Below, piece by piece: positions 12,740 through 23,756 of a stretch of 64,000 bases of DNA. A program made the position numbers and the translations under genes. Within the stretch, counting starts at the first letter, position 1. Every line of letters begins with the position of its first letter. The DNA is taken from the NCBI RefSeq assembly GCF_009914755.1, contig NC_060942.1; one strand, written 5' to 3'. Source of the stretch: the human T2T-CHM13v2.0 reference genome, Homo sapiens. The notes under the pieces were generated by a model. The model was not told the origin of the DNA. It saw only the letters and a program-made list of their open reading frames with translations, and did no database searches.

Positions 12740-15600
12740 GTGCATTGATGAAAGGGAAATGATTAGACGTTTCAGAGACTACTAGACATTGACTCTAAGC
12801 TGACCTTGATTCCAGGGGGCCAAAAATGTCACTGTGGTCCTCCGGTTAAAGTAGGGACTTATGGAGGCAGTAATTGATAGTTTTAGCTCAGTCCCTACTT
12901 ACACAACTCCAGGAGGTTCCCAGAGTCATCCTGTGGTCATTTCTTCAGTGCCAGAATGCATAATTGGCATAGACATACTTCACAGCTGGCAGAACCCCCG
13001 CATTGGCTTTCTGACTGGCAGGGTGAGGGCTATTATGGTGAGAAGGGCCAAATGGAAGCCATTAGAGCTGCCTCTACCTAGAAAAATCATAAATCAAAAA
13101 CAATATTGCATCCGTGGAAAGATTACGGAGATTAGTGACACCCTTAAGGACTTGAAAGACGCAGGGGTGGTGATTCCCACTACATCCCTGTTCAACTGTC
13201 CTATTTGGCCTGTGGGGAAGACAGATGGATCTAGGAGAATGATAGTGGATTATTGTAAGCTTAACCAAATGGTGACTCCAATTGCAGCAGCTCTACCAGA
13301 TGTGGTTTCATTACTTGAGCAAATTAACACGTCTGCTGGTATCTTGCATGCAGCCATTAACTTGGCAAACTCCTTTTTCTCCATTCATGTCCATTGGAAG
13401 CAATTTGCCTTCAGCTGGCAATGTAAATATACCTTTACAGGAAATATACCTTTACTGTTCTATCTCAGGGGTATATGAACTCTCTGACTTTGGATCATAA
13501 TCTTATTCAAAGAGACTTTGATCACTTTTCACTTCCACGAACATATCACACTGGTTTGTTACATTAATGACATTATGCTGATTGGACCCAGTGAGCAAGA
13601 AGTAGCAAACATCCTGGACTTATTGGTAAGATATTTGCATACCAGAGGATGGGAAATAAATCTGACTAAAATTCAGGGACCTTCTACCTCAGTAAAATTT
13701 CTAGGGGTCTAGTTGTCTAGTGGTGTTGGACATATTGAGACATTCCTTCTATGGTAAAGGATAAGTTGCTGCACTTGGCCCTTTCTACAAGCAAGAAAAA
13801 GGCACAATGCTTAGTGGTTTTGTGCCTATTTGGATTTTGGAGGCAACACATTCCTCATTTGGGTGTGTTATTCTTGCCAATTTACTGACTGACCCAAAAG
13901 GTTTCCAGTTTTGAGTGGGAACCAGAACAGAAAAAGGCTCTGCAACAGGTCCAGGCTGCTATGCAAGCTGCTCTGCCACTTGGGCCATATGACCCAGCAG
14001 ATACAAAGGTGCTTGAGGTGCCAGTGGCAGATAGGAATGCTGTTTGGAGCCTTTGGCAGGCCCCCATAGGTCAATCATAGCAGGGGCCTCTAGGATTTTC
14101 TAGCAAGGCCCTGCCATCTTCTGCAGATAACTACTCTCCTTTTGAGAGACAGCTCTTGGCCTGTTACTGGGCTTTGGTGGAAACTGAACTTTTGACTATG
14201 GCTCATCAAGTCACCATGTGACCTGAATTGCTTATTATGAACTGGGTGCTTTCTGAGCCATCATCCCATCAAGGGGACCATGCACAGCAGCATTCAGCAT
14301 CCAGTCATCAAATTGAAGTGGTGTATATGTGATCTGGCTTAAGCAGGTCCTGAAGACACAAGTAAATTACCTGAGAAAGTAGCTCAAATGCCCATGGTCT
14401 CCACTCCTGCCACCTTGCCTTCTTTCCCTTAGCCTGCACTGATGGCCTCATGGGGAGTTCCCTATGATCAGTTGACAGAGGAAGAGAAGACTAGGGCTTG
14501 GTTCACAGATGGTTATGCACGATATGCAGGCACCACCTGAAAGTGGACAGCTGCAGCTCTATAGCCCCTACCCCTGAAGGACAGTGGTGAAGGCAAATCT
14601 TCCCAGTGGGCAGAACTTTGAAGAGTATACCTGATTGTGCACTTTGCATGGAAAGAGAAATGCCCAGTAGTGCCACTGTATACTGATTCATAGGCTGTAG
14701 CCAATGGTTTGGCTGGATGGTCAGGCACTTGGAAGAAGCATAATTGGAAAATTGATGACAAGGGAATTTGGGGAAGAGATATGTGTATATACCTCTCAGA
14801 GTGGCCAAAAACTGTGAAGATATTTGTATCCAAAGTGAGTGCTCACCAACGTGTGATCTCAGCAGAAGAGAATTTTAATGATCAATTGGACAGGATGACC
14901 TTTTCTGTGGACACTACTCAGTCTCTTTCCACAGCCACACCTGTCATCGCCCCATGGGCCCATGAACAAAGTGGCCATGGTGGCAGTGAAGGAGGTTATG
15001 CATGAGCTCAGCAACACGGACTTCCACTGCCCCAAGCTGACCTGGCTATGGCCACTGCTGAGTGCCCAGTTTACCAGCAGCAGAGATCAACACTGAGCCC
15101 TCAATATGGCAACATTTCTCGGGGTGATCAACAAGCTACCTGGTAGCAGGTTGATTATATTGGATCTCTTCCCTCATGGAAAGAGCAGAGGTTTGTCCTC
15201 ACTGGAATAGACACTTATTCCAGATATAGGTTTGCTTATCCCGCACCCAATGCTTCTGCCAAAACTACCATCCATGGACTCACAGAATGCCTTATCCACC
15301 GTTGTGGTATTCCACACAGCATTGCCTCTGACCAAGGCACTCATTTGCGACAGTGGGCACATGCTCATGAAATTCACTGGTCTTACCATGTTGCCCATTA
15401 TCCTGAAGCAGCTGGATTGATAGAATGGTGGAATGGCCTTTTGAAGTTACAATTACAATGCCAACTAGATGACCATACTTTGCAGGGCTGAGGCAAAGTT
15501 CTCCAGAAGGCTGTGTATGCTCTGAATCAGCATCCAACATATGGTACTATTTCTCTCATAGCCAGAATTCATGGGTCCAGGAATCAAGGGGTGGATGTGG
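12740..15600 (+). pseudogene. pol: HERV-L pro-pol (protease, RT, RNase H, integrase), disrupted
   Basis: Protease LLDIDS (from DTG) ~12785 and CIIGIDIL; RT FNCPIWPVGKTDGSRRMIVDYCKLN and YINDIML (from YIDD); RNase H WFTDG at 14499; integrase HEQSGHGG, QVDYIG, SDQGTH, GLIEWWNGLLK. Many stops. Confidence 0.93.
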
Positions 15601-15619
15601 AAGTGGCATCACTTGCCAT

Positions 15620-15980
15620 CACCCCTAGTGGTCCACTAGCAAATTTTTTGCTTCCTGTTACCATGACATTACATTCTGCTGGCCTAGATCTCTTAATTTC
15701 AGAGGGAGGAATGCTGCTACCAGGAGACACAACAAAGATTTCATTAAATTGGAAGTTAAGAATGCCACTTGGACACTTTGGGCTCCTCCTACCTTTCAGC
15801 CAAGAGGGTAAGAAGGGAGTTACAGTGTTGGCTGGGGTGACTGAACTGGGCTATCAAGATGAAATCTACCTACTACTTTACAACAGAGGTAAAGAAAAGT
15901 ATGCTTGGAATACAGGAGATCCATTAGGGCATCTCTTAGTATTACCATGCTCTGTGATTAAGGTCAATGAGAAACTGTAA
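15620..15980 (+). pseudogene. dut: HERV-L dUTPase remnant
   Basis: ORF 15513-15980 contains SAGLDL, LLPGDTTKISLNWKLRMPLGHFGLLLP and GVTVLAGVTELGYQDEI, matching degenerate dUTPase motifs; position after integrase is the ERV-L arrangement. Confidence 0.85.
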
Positions 15981-16482
15981 AAGCCCAACCCAGGCAGGAC
16001 TACAAATGGCCCAGACCCTTCAGGAATGGAGATTTATGTCACTCCACCAGGAAAAAACCCACAACCTGCTGAGGTGCTTGCTGAAGGCAAAGGGAATACG
16101 GAATGGGTAGTAGAAGGTAGTCATCAATACCAGCTATGACCACGTGACCAGTTGCAGAGACAAGGACTGTAATTGTTATAAGTATTTCCTCCTTCTTTTG
16201 TTAAAAACTATTTGTGCCTGTATGCACTTGTACTAAGAAAATATCTCCATTTTATTCCTTTTTTCCTTTATCATGTTACATAGGATTTATTGACTTCATG
16301 CTAGCATTTAAGTATTGTTAACTTTATGTAATAGCATTTGGGTTGGGAATTGATATAGTTCTGGTTGTACCAATGATAGTTGTATTATGTTAGGTGTAAT
16401 TATGATCTTATTATTGCCTTTATTTGAAGATTATGTTTGATCTCAGGTGATGTGGGTGGGTTCAAGTTGACAAAGGTGGACT

Positions 16483-16948
16483 TGTGATGGTTAATACTGA
16501 GTGTCAACTTGATTGGATTGAAGGATGCAAAGTATTGATCCTGGGTGTGTTTGTGAGGGTGTTGCCAAAGGAGATTAACATTTGATTCAGTGGGCTGGGA
16601 AAGGCAGACCCACCCTTAATCTGGGTGGGCACCATCTAGTCAGCTGCCCGTGTGGTCAGGATATGAAACAGGCAGAAAAACATGAAAAGTCTAGATGGGC
16701 TTAGCCTCCAACCTACGTCTTTCTCCTGTTCTGGATGCTTCCTTCCTTTGAACATCAGACACCAAGTTCTTTAGCTTTGAGACTTGGACTGGCTTAGTGA
16801 TGGAGGACTTGCAGATGGCCTATTCTGGGACCTTGTGATTGTGTGAGTTAATACTACATAATAAACTCATATATATATATATATATACACACACACATAT
16901 ATATATCTCCTATTAGTTCTGTTCCTCTGGAGAACCCTGACTAATACA
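16483..16948 (+). promoter_or_regulatory. HERV-L 3' LTR (MLT2A1-like) with internal (TA)n(CA)n tract
   Basis: TGTGATGGTTAATACTGAGTGTCAACTTGATTGGATTGAAGG...GAGAACCCTGACTAATACA, preceded by purine-rich GACAAAGGTGGACT. Confidence 0.93.
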
Positions 16949-17143
16949 CACAGGCTCTATGCAAGTCTGAAATCTAATAGGGCAGACATTAAACCTTAAA
17001 TTTCCAAAATTATCTCCTTTGACTCCATGTCTCACATCCAGGTCATGCTAATGCCGGAGGTGGGTGCCAATGACCTTGGGCAGCTTCGCCCCACTGCCTT
17101 TGCAGGGTACATCCCCCTTCCCTGTCTCTATCACAGGCTGGCA

Positions 17144-17605
17144 TTAAGTGTCTGTAGCTTTTCCAGGCATACAGTGAAAGCTGAAGGTATATCTACCATT
17201 CTGGGGTCTGGAAGATGGTGGCCCTCTTCTCACATCTCCATTAGGCAGTGCCCTGGTGAGGACTCTGTGTGAGAGCTCTGACCCCACAATTCCCTTCCAT
17301 ACTGCCCTAGCAGAGGTTCTCCATGAGGGCCCCATCCCTGCAGCAAACTTCTGCCTGGACATCCAGGTGTTTCCATACATCCTCTGAAATCTAGGCAAAG
17401 GTTCCCAAACCTCAGTTCTTGACTTCTGGGCATCCACAGGGTCAACACACATGGAAGCTAACAAAGACTTGGGGCTTGCATGCTTTGAAATCATGGCCTG
17501 AGCTGTACCTTGGCTCCTTTTAGCCATGGCTGAAGCAGCTGGGATACAGGGTACCAAGACCCTAGGCTGCACACAGCAGGTGGGCCCTGATGGCCCATAA
17601 AACAA
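17144..17605 (-). pseudogene. Remnant of the THE1/MaLR internal ORF
   Basis: VWEPLPRFQRMYGNTWMSRQKFAAG...GPPSSRPQNGR is the recurring MaLR-internal translation; lies inside THE1-int on the element's sense strand. Confidence 0.75.
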
Positions 17606-18712
17606 TTCTTTTTCTCTCTTAGGCCTCCAAGCCTGTGATGGTGGGGGCTACCATGAAGGTCTCTGACATGACCTGGAGACATTTTCCACATTGTCTTGGT
17701 GATTAACATTTAGCTCCTTGTTACTTATGTAAATTTCTGCAACAGGCTTGAATTTATCCCCAGAAAAAATATATATCTTTTTTCCTATCACATTACCAGG
17801 CTGCAAACTTTCCAAGCTTTTGTTCTCTGCTTCTTCTTGAATGTTTAGCCCCTAGGAACTTTCTTCTGCCAGATACCCTAAATCATCTTTCTCAAATTCA
17901 AAGCTCCACAGATCTCTAGGGCAGGGGCAAAATTCCACCAATCTCTTTGTTAAGCATAGCAAGAGTGACCTTTACTACAGTTCCCAAGAAGTTCCTCATC
18001 TCCATCTGAGACCACCTCAGCCTGGACTTCATTGTCCAAATCACTAACAGCATTTTGATAAAAGCCATTCACCAAGTCTATAGGAAGTTTGAAACTTTCC
18101 CACATCTTTCTGTCTTATGAACCCTTCAAGTTCCTAAGAAGTCTCAAACTTTACCATAGTTTCCTGTGTTTTTCTGAGCCCTCTAAACTGTTCCAACCTC
18201 TGCCTGTTACCTAGTTCCAAAGTTGCTTCCACATTTTTGGTTATCTTTACAGAAGCACCCCTCTCCTGATACCAACTTACTACATTAGTTTGTTCTCATG
18301 CTCCTGTGAAGAAATACCTGAGGCTGGATGACTTATAAAGAAAAGAGGTTTAATTGACTCACAGTTCTGCATGGCTTGGAGGTCTCAGGAAACTTACAAT
18401 CATGGAGGAAGACACCTCTTCGCAGGGTGGTGGGAGAGAAAAATGAGTTCAAGCAAGGGAAATACCAGGTGTTTATAAACCTTTATAGACCTTGCGAGAC
18501 TCACTGATTTTCATGAGAACAGCATGGGGGAAATAGCCCCCATGATCCAAATACCTCTACCTGGTCCCACCCTTGACACAGGGAGATTATTACAATTCAA
18601 GGTGAGATTTGGGTAGGGACACAGAGCCAAACCATCAGATAGATAGGTGGATTATTCTTTTGATTTTTGTTTTGATTCTGTTTCTCTAGTGTATTGTGAC
18701 TAATAAATTGAT

Positions 18713-18930
18713 TCAATGTATTTAATAGATATAGACCTATTTAGATGGTCTAATGACTCTTGTTTGCATTTCAGAAGCTTTTGTATTTTGAGAAATTGTT
18801 TTATTTTATCTAAGTTATAATATTTTTATCATAGTTATTAATATTATCCCTTTAATGTGCTTTTAATGTCTATAGACTTGTTAGTGATGTTCCAACTTTC
18901 ATTTCTAATATTGGTAATTTTTTCTTTGGT
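18713..18930 (-). mobile_element. L1M continuation (right part of the element broken at 7417)
   Basis: TTGATTCAATGTATTTAATAGATATAG...TTTTATCTAAGTT continues the antisense L1 ORF2 sequence that stops at 7417. Confidence 0.75.
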
Positions 18931-18979
18931 TGTCATGCTAGCATGCAAGTCATGCAAGCATGCAAAATACTACATTAAA

Positions 18980-19830
18980 AATAAAGACAGATGTAAAGCA
19001 CAAAAAAAGCCTAAGTTATTCTTACAAAACTGAGAAAAAACAGAAGAACGTTTTCACAAAAGAAAAATGAAAGGGAATGTAATCTTTAATTTAAAAAGAC
19101 ATCAAATATAAGCAATGTGAATAAACTCAACAGACAATTGTAAAGTTAATTGAGCAGAGAACCAAAATGACAACATTATGGAGATAATTAAATGGAAACC
19201 ACAGAAAACAGATTAGACAGTGTGGATGATAAAATTAGTAACAGAAAAAGCCATGAAGTAGTCTCAGTGAAATAAAGGGGTAAAAAAAAGTAATCAGAAA
19301 GAAGTTAATGTTAATGGTATACAGGAAATGTGGATCCAAAATGAAGGTAAATGATTCACCAGCAAAAAAGCCCAACAAGTGAAATTAAAAAGAATAATTA
19401 TGTAATAGAAGAAAATATTTCTAAAATGTAAAATAATACTCATAGACTTAAAGAGGCATACTGTTCTCAAGAAATTCATTAGAAGAACCAATTTTATGAC
19501 ACTCTGGTAAAGTGATTGAATTTCAAGGATAAAGACAGAATTCATCAGGTATCCAAGAACTTACAAAGGGGATAAATCTGGCTGGGCGCAAATGCCTCCA
19601 TGGAAAAATAAAGTGCCAGAAGATAATAGAACAATATTTACAAAATTCTAAGGGAACAAGTGTGTCTCAAGAATATTATAACCAGGCAAGTTGTTATCCA
19701 AGTACAAAATGGCAGTACTGGCATACCTAATCATGCAAAAACTCACAGAATATGTCATTCCTTATTCTGTCTTAGAATGAAACTATGTAAGAGATAAAAG
19801 AAGAAACCATTGTAAAAGAACTGAATGGAG
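18980..19830 (+). mobile_element. HAL1 or old L1M ORF1-like fragment
   Basis: A-rich sense strand with ORF1-like motifs (GAAGAAAATATTTCTAAAAT, TTTCAAGGATAAAGACAGAAT, CAAGAATATTATAACCAGGCAAG). Confidence 0.6.
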
Positions 19831-20010
19831 CCTTGTTGCTGCTTCCTCAGAAGGGAGGGGACACCATGTCCTCACATGTAGCAGGTACAGAAGGGAACAA
19901 ACCCACACCCTCAAACCCATTTATAAGGGCCCGAATCCCTTCATCACCTTCTAAATACCCCATCTCTTAGTATTATTACATTGTCTATTCAGTCTCAATA
20001 AAAAATTTGG
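19830..20010 (-). mobile_element. MaLR LTR fragment (MST/MLT1A-like)
   Basis: GTCCTCACATG...TTTATAAGGGC...CATCACCTTCTAAATACCCCATCTCTTAGTATTATTACATTG pattern. Confidence 0.6.
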
Positions 20011-20224
20011 GGCACACCCAATTTGGTCATTGTTTGGATATTAGAAGACAAAATTTAATTACTCAGTTTCTTGCTATACATAAGACATTATTATCACCAC
20101 ATTGATTTTATTTGTTATTTTTATTACAATTGTAACAAAACCTAGGAACATCTGTATACAGAACTTAAACACAAACAAAGACTTTTCTGATTTTGTCATT
20201 TAATCCCCAAATCTTACCACTTAA

Positions 20225-20360
20225 GGTAAGGTATCTTAATTACGGTTATCCCCAAACTTATGCAAATGCAGAGATTGGAAGAGCTAAGTAACCACTAAGT
20301 TGTGGAGCTAAGACTGAATTCTGGGTTTCAGACTACAACTTTCAAAACATTTCTGTTGCA
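20225..20360 (-). mobile_element. MIR fragment
   Basis: Degenerate MIR core (AAGTAAC...AAGTTGTGGAGCTAAGACTGAATTCTGGG). Confidence 0.5.
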
Positions 20361-22067
20361 TAATGAGGTAAAAAATATAGTGCCTAAACTGAAAGGTTAA
20401 ATGATTCCTTCATAGAGGAAATTCAAAAAACAATATAAAATAGAAGAAAACAATTCCTAGTTATTTTGGAAATTGTATTATGTGTTGCAAAACAATGACA
20501 ATAAATGTACTTAAATAAATCACCAACTTAATAAATCATCTTCAGTTGAATCCTTAGTTTTCTCATGCAAAGTCTAGTGTTCTTACAGAGCCAGAACAGT
20601 GCACAAGGAACAAGACAGGGAGATAAAATAAATGCTAGCTTAGTTTTATATGAAGCAGCAATTGGGAATATTAACTGTTCTCATGTTTAAATATTTGCTT
20701 TTGGCAAAATCCAAACAAGCTCACTATTTGTTAGATTAGTAGGTATAGAGTCAATGTGGCAGTAGGTCTGGAGTGGGGCACATGTATTTTGTAGATTCAA
20801 AGATGTTGTCAATTTTAAAACATTAATTTTATATTAAATTTGGAGAGAATACCACCTTATTGAGTGCATGCCAACATTTTAAGATGTCTTCCATTTTCAG
20901 AGCAATTTTATAAATAGGATATATTGAAGTTTATTCTACTACAGGCATGAAAGTTACCACGCAAACCAGAGATAGATTTGCTCTTTGTGAAGAAGCTTCT
21001 GCCCATTTGTCCATTTTAGTATATCATTTAAACAGTACAGCCAGTGCTCAACAGAGGCATCAGCTGAAGTCACCATCATGGCTACACAAATTGATTCCTT
21101 TTGTGGGGAAAAAAAAATCCTCAAATGGCAGATGGACAATTAAATATCTTGGTTCCCACGTTATCTCCCTGGAACCTCAAGTAGTTTTAGTCAGACCCTT
21201 GTTAATTGATAAATATGATTGAGGACTTTGCTCTATCTTTTTTTCATTAAATGAGTACGTTACTCAGAAACGTAAGTAACCCATTGTAGTGATCATTGCC
21301 TACATGGGGAGATTTTTAGCTTCAAGTAATGGATACACAACCCAAAGTGAACATTTATTCTATGAGAGAACACAAAGTACAGATGGAGCATGGTTCCGTG
21401 ATTGATTCAGTAGCTCAGTGACACGATCCATGTGCTAGGTGTTTTTTCATCTTTGCACTCTCCCAGACTCAGCCTATCAGCCAAGTGTAAGTCCGTATTT
21501 CCAAAACGGCTGCAGCCTTTCCAGGTCTTTGCAGGGAGAAATGATCATGACCACATTCTCTGAAGGAGAAGAAGGGAACTTCCTCCCCTGAGTCCCATTT
21601 TTTTAAGGAAAAAAAAAAACTTTTTACATGCTCAGCCCTCACCCTGAAGACATTCACAATTCTTATTTTTCAATAGCAATTAATTTTATTAGTTTGGCAA
21701 TTTATGATAATAAAACATTGCAATTCAAGAAATGACTAAAATGTGTTAAAGAAAATATCAGAATTATTCCTGGCAGTTATATCTAATATTTCAAAACAGA
21801 CTATTTCAGCAACTGATTTATAAAGTGCTAATATAAAAATAATCTCAAATATGTTTAATTTCATCCATAAACTGTAACTTATGAATTGCTATAAATTTTT
21901 GGTTCACAAAAAAAGCCAAAATATTTTTCCTCATGAGACTGAATTATAGTGATAATTAATTTCAAGAGCACTTATATAGACTGAATGTTGACACAAGAAG
22001 TAGTTTTTGCATGAACATTTTGAACATTATCTTGGAATTAGAAGTAGTTTTAAGTCATTTTCCCCTC

Positions 22068-22551
22068 TGTATTGGTTTCCTGCTGCCTCTGTAACAAATT
22101 ACTGGAAACTTGGTGGCTTAAACAATAGAAATTTATTCTTTTACAGTTCTGGATGTCATAAATCTGAAATCAGTATCGGGGGTTTGGAGGGTGTGGCCAT
22201 CAGGAAAGTTCTAAACAGATAATTCCTAATCCTTTAGATAATATTTCTAGTGGCCACCAACATTCATTGGCTTGTGGTACATCAGTCTAACCTCTGCCTG
22301 TGTGATCACATCCCCTCTCCTTTTCTGTCTGTGTGGTCAAATTTCTTTCTGCTTCCCTCTTATACAGATACATGTGATTGTATTTAGAGTCCATCTGGCT
22401 AATACTGGATAATCTTTTAGGTCAAGATCTTTAACTTAATCACATGCAATGATTGATTTTTGTTTGTCTGATTTTTCATGTAAGGCAATATTCAGAGGTT
22501 CAAGAAATTTAGATATGAATTTTTTTTCTGGAACATTTTTGGCTTGCTGCA
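22068..22551 (-). mobile_element. MLT1 (MLT1C/D-like) solo LTR
   Basis: TGTATTGGTTTCCTGCTGCCTCTGTAACAAATTACTGGAAACTTGGTGGCTTAAACAATAGAAATTTATTC...CTTTAACTTAATCACATGCAA. Confidence 0.8.
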
Positions 22552-22692
22552 CACTCATTCACTTATTCAATTATGCATTTAACAAATATTATATGAATAC
22601 CTGCAATGGACCAGAGACTGTTCTAATGCTGGGTATATAACAGCAAACTAAAGAGACAAAGGTTTTACATTCTTGGAGTTTACATTCTAGTA

Positions 22693-22915
22693 CAAACATT
22701 GGCAAACTGTTTCTGTAAAGGGCCAGATAGTAAATATTGTTTGTAGATCATACAGTTTCTCTGTTGCAACTACTGAACTCTCCTGTTGTAGCATAGACAC
22801 AGCTCCTCTCTAAATACAGAAATGAATAGCTGTGGCTATATTCCAATAAATAATTACATATGAAAACAGGAAGCAAGCTAGATTTGGCTCTTGGGTTATA
22901 GTTGGCCAACACTTT
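22693..22915 (+). mobile_element. MER58A-like hAT-Charlie MITE
   Basis: TTGGCAAACTGTTTCTGTAAAGGGCCAGATAGTAAATATT...TTCCAATAAA...TAGTTGGCCAAC with degenerate terminal inverted repeats, about 220 bp. Confidence 0.85.
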
Positions 22916-23366
22916 CTCTGGACAGAAGACACAGGAGAAAAAGTGACAGGCAAATACAGAATATGTCAGATGGTGATAAGTGATGTGGTTTTAAATAAAG
23001 CACATTCAGAGACATAGGACATTGAATTGGGAAGGCTATAACTAACTGCTATAACAGATAAATAAAAAAATTTTAGTGGCTTCCCAAAGAGCCATTTTCT
23101 CAGTGTTTATGTGAAGTCCAATACTAAGATTTCTTATTAGTGGGAAGCCTTCCATGTGGTCATTCAGGAACCCATCCTCCTGCTCTCTTGTATCTGCCCT
23201 CCTGAGAACTCTAGAACCCTGTGTTCAGTTGGTGGTTGAAGAAAGGGAGTAGAGAACAGCACACAGGCATTTTAAGGAAGCAGGATTACAAGGTTTGATC
23301 AATTCCACTCAGTTTATATGCATTTTCTTGTCTAAAAGCTCCATTGCCTGACTTCACCTAACTTTA

Positions 23367-23756
<390 letters not shown>

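Larger units (their letters stand above)
10401..16948 (+). mobile_element. Full-length HERV-L provirus with MLT2A1-type LTRs
   Basis: Paired LTRs, PBS, gag-pro-RT-RNaseH-IN-dUTPase order, no env; 6.55 kb; TSD TACAG (10396-10400) / CACAG (16949-16953); the THE1 internal sequence reads through once it is removed. Confidence 0.96.
9777..18637 (-). mobile_element. Full THE1 (THE1C/D-like) MaLR element, LTR-internal-LTR, interrupted by HERV-L
   Basis: 3' LTR 9777-10132 with adjacent polypurine tract; internal 10133-10400 plus 16954-18280 (about 1.6 kb joined); PBS-like reverse complement TGGTATCAGGAGAGGGG at ~18258-18274; 5' LTR 18281-18637; probable TSD GATAG (9772-9776 and 18638-18642). Confidence 0.92.
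7418..18707 (+). mobile_element. Older MLT2 (MLT2B/C/D-like) ERV-L provirus with large internal deletion; 3' LTR split by the nested THE1/HERV-L
   Basis: 5' LTR 7418-7830, then PBS-like TGGTACTGGGAGTGG; internal 7831-9240 homologous to HERV-L gag 5' end and integrase-end/dUTPase region; 3' LTR 9241-~9770, resuming 18643-18707 (GACTAATAAA). TSD TTGAT at 7413-7417 and 18708-18712; L1M continues on both sides. Confidence 0.85.

Noticed and set aside
12861-13478. Longest ORF (205 aa) as a functional protease/RT gene
   Set aside because: It is a fragment of HERV-L pol that lacks the protease active site, frameshifts near a 14-bp duplication (~13425-13455) before the polymerase motif, and that motif reads YIND.
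18932-18965. Four CATG cores as a p53 response element
   Set aside because: Cores are spaced 8-9 nt instead of 10 and the flanks do not fit RRRCWWGYYY.
21310-21660. Possible very old MLT1/LTR33 fragment (similar faint MIR, L2 and MER5 traces at ~60-600, 27350-27520, 35390-35760, 38690-38780, 51740-52330, 55690-55825)
   Set aside because: Too decayed to assign family or boundaries without a profile search.
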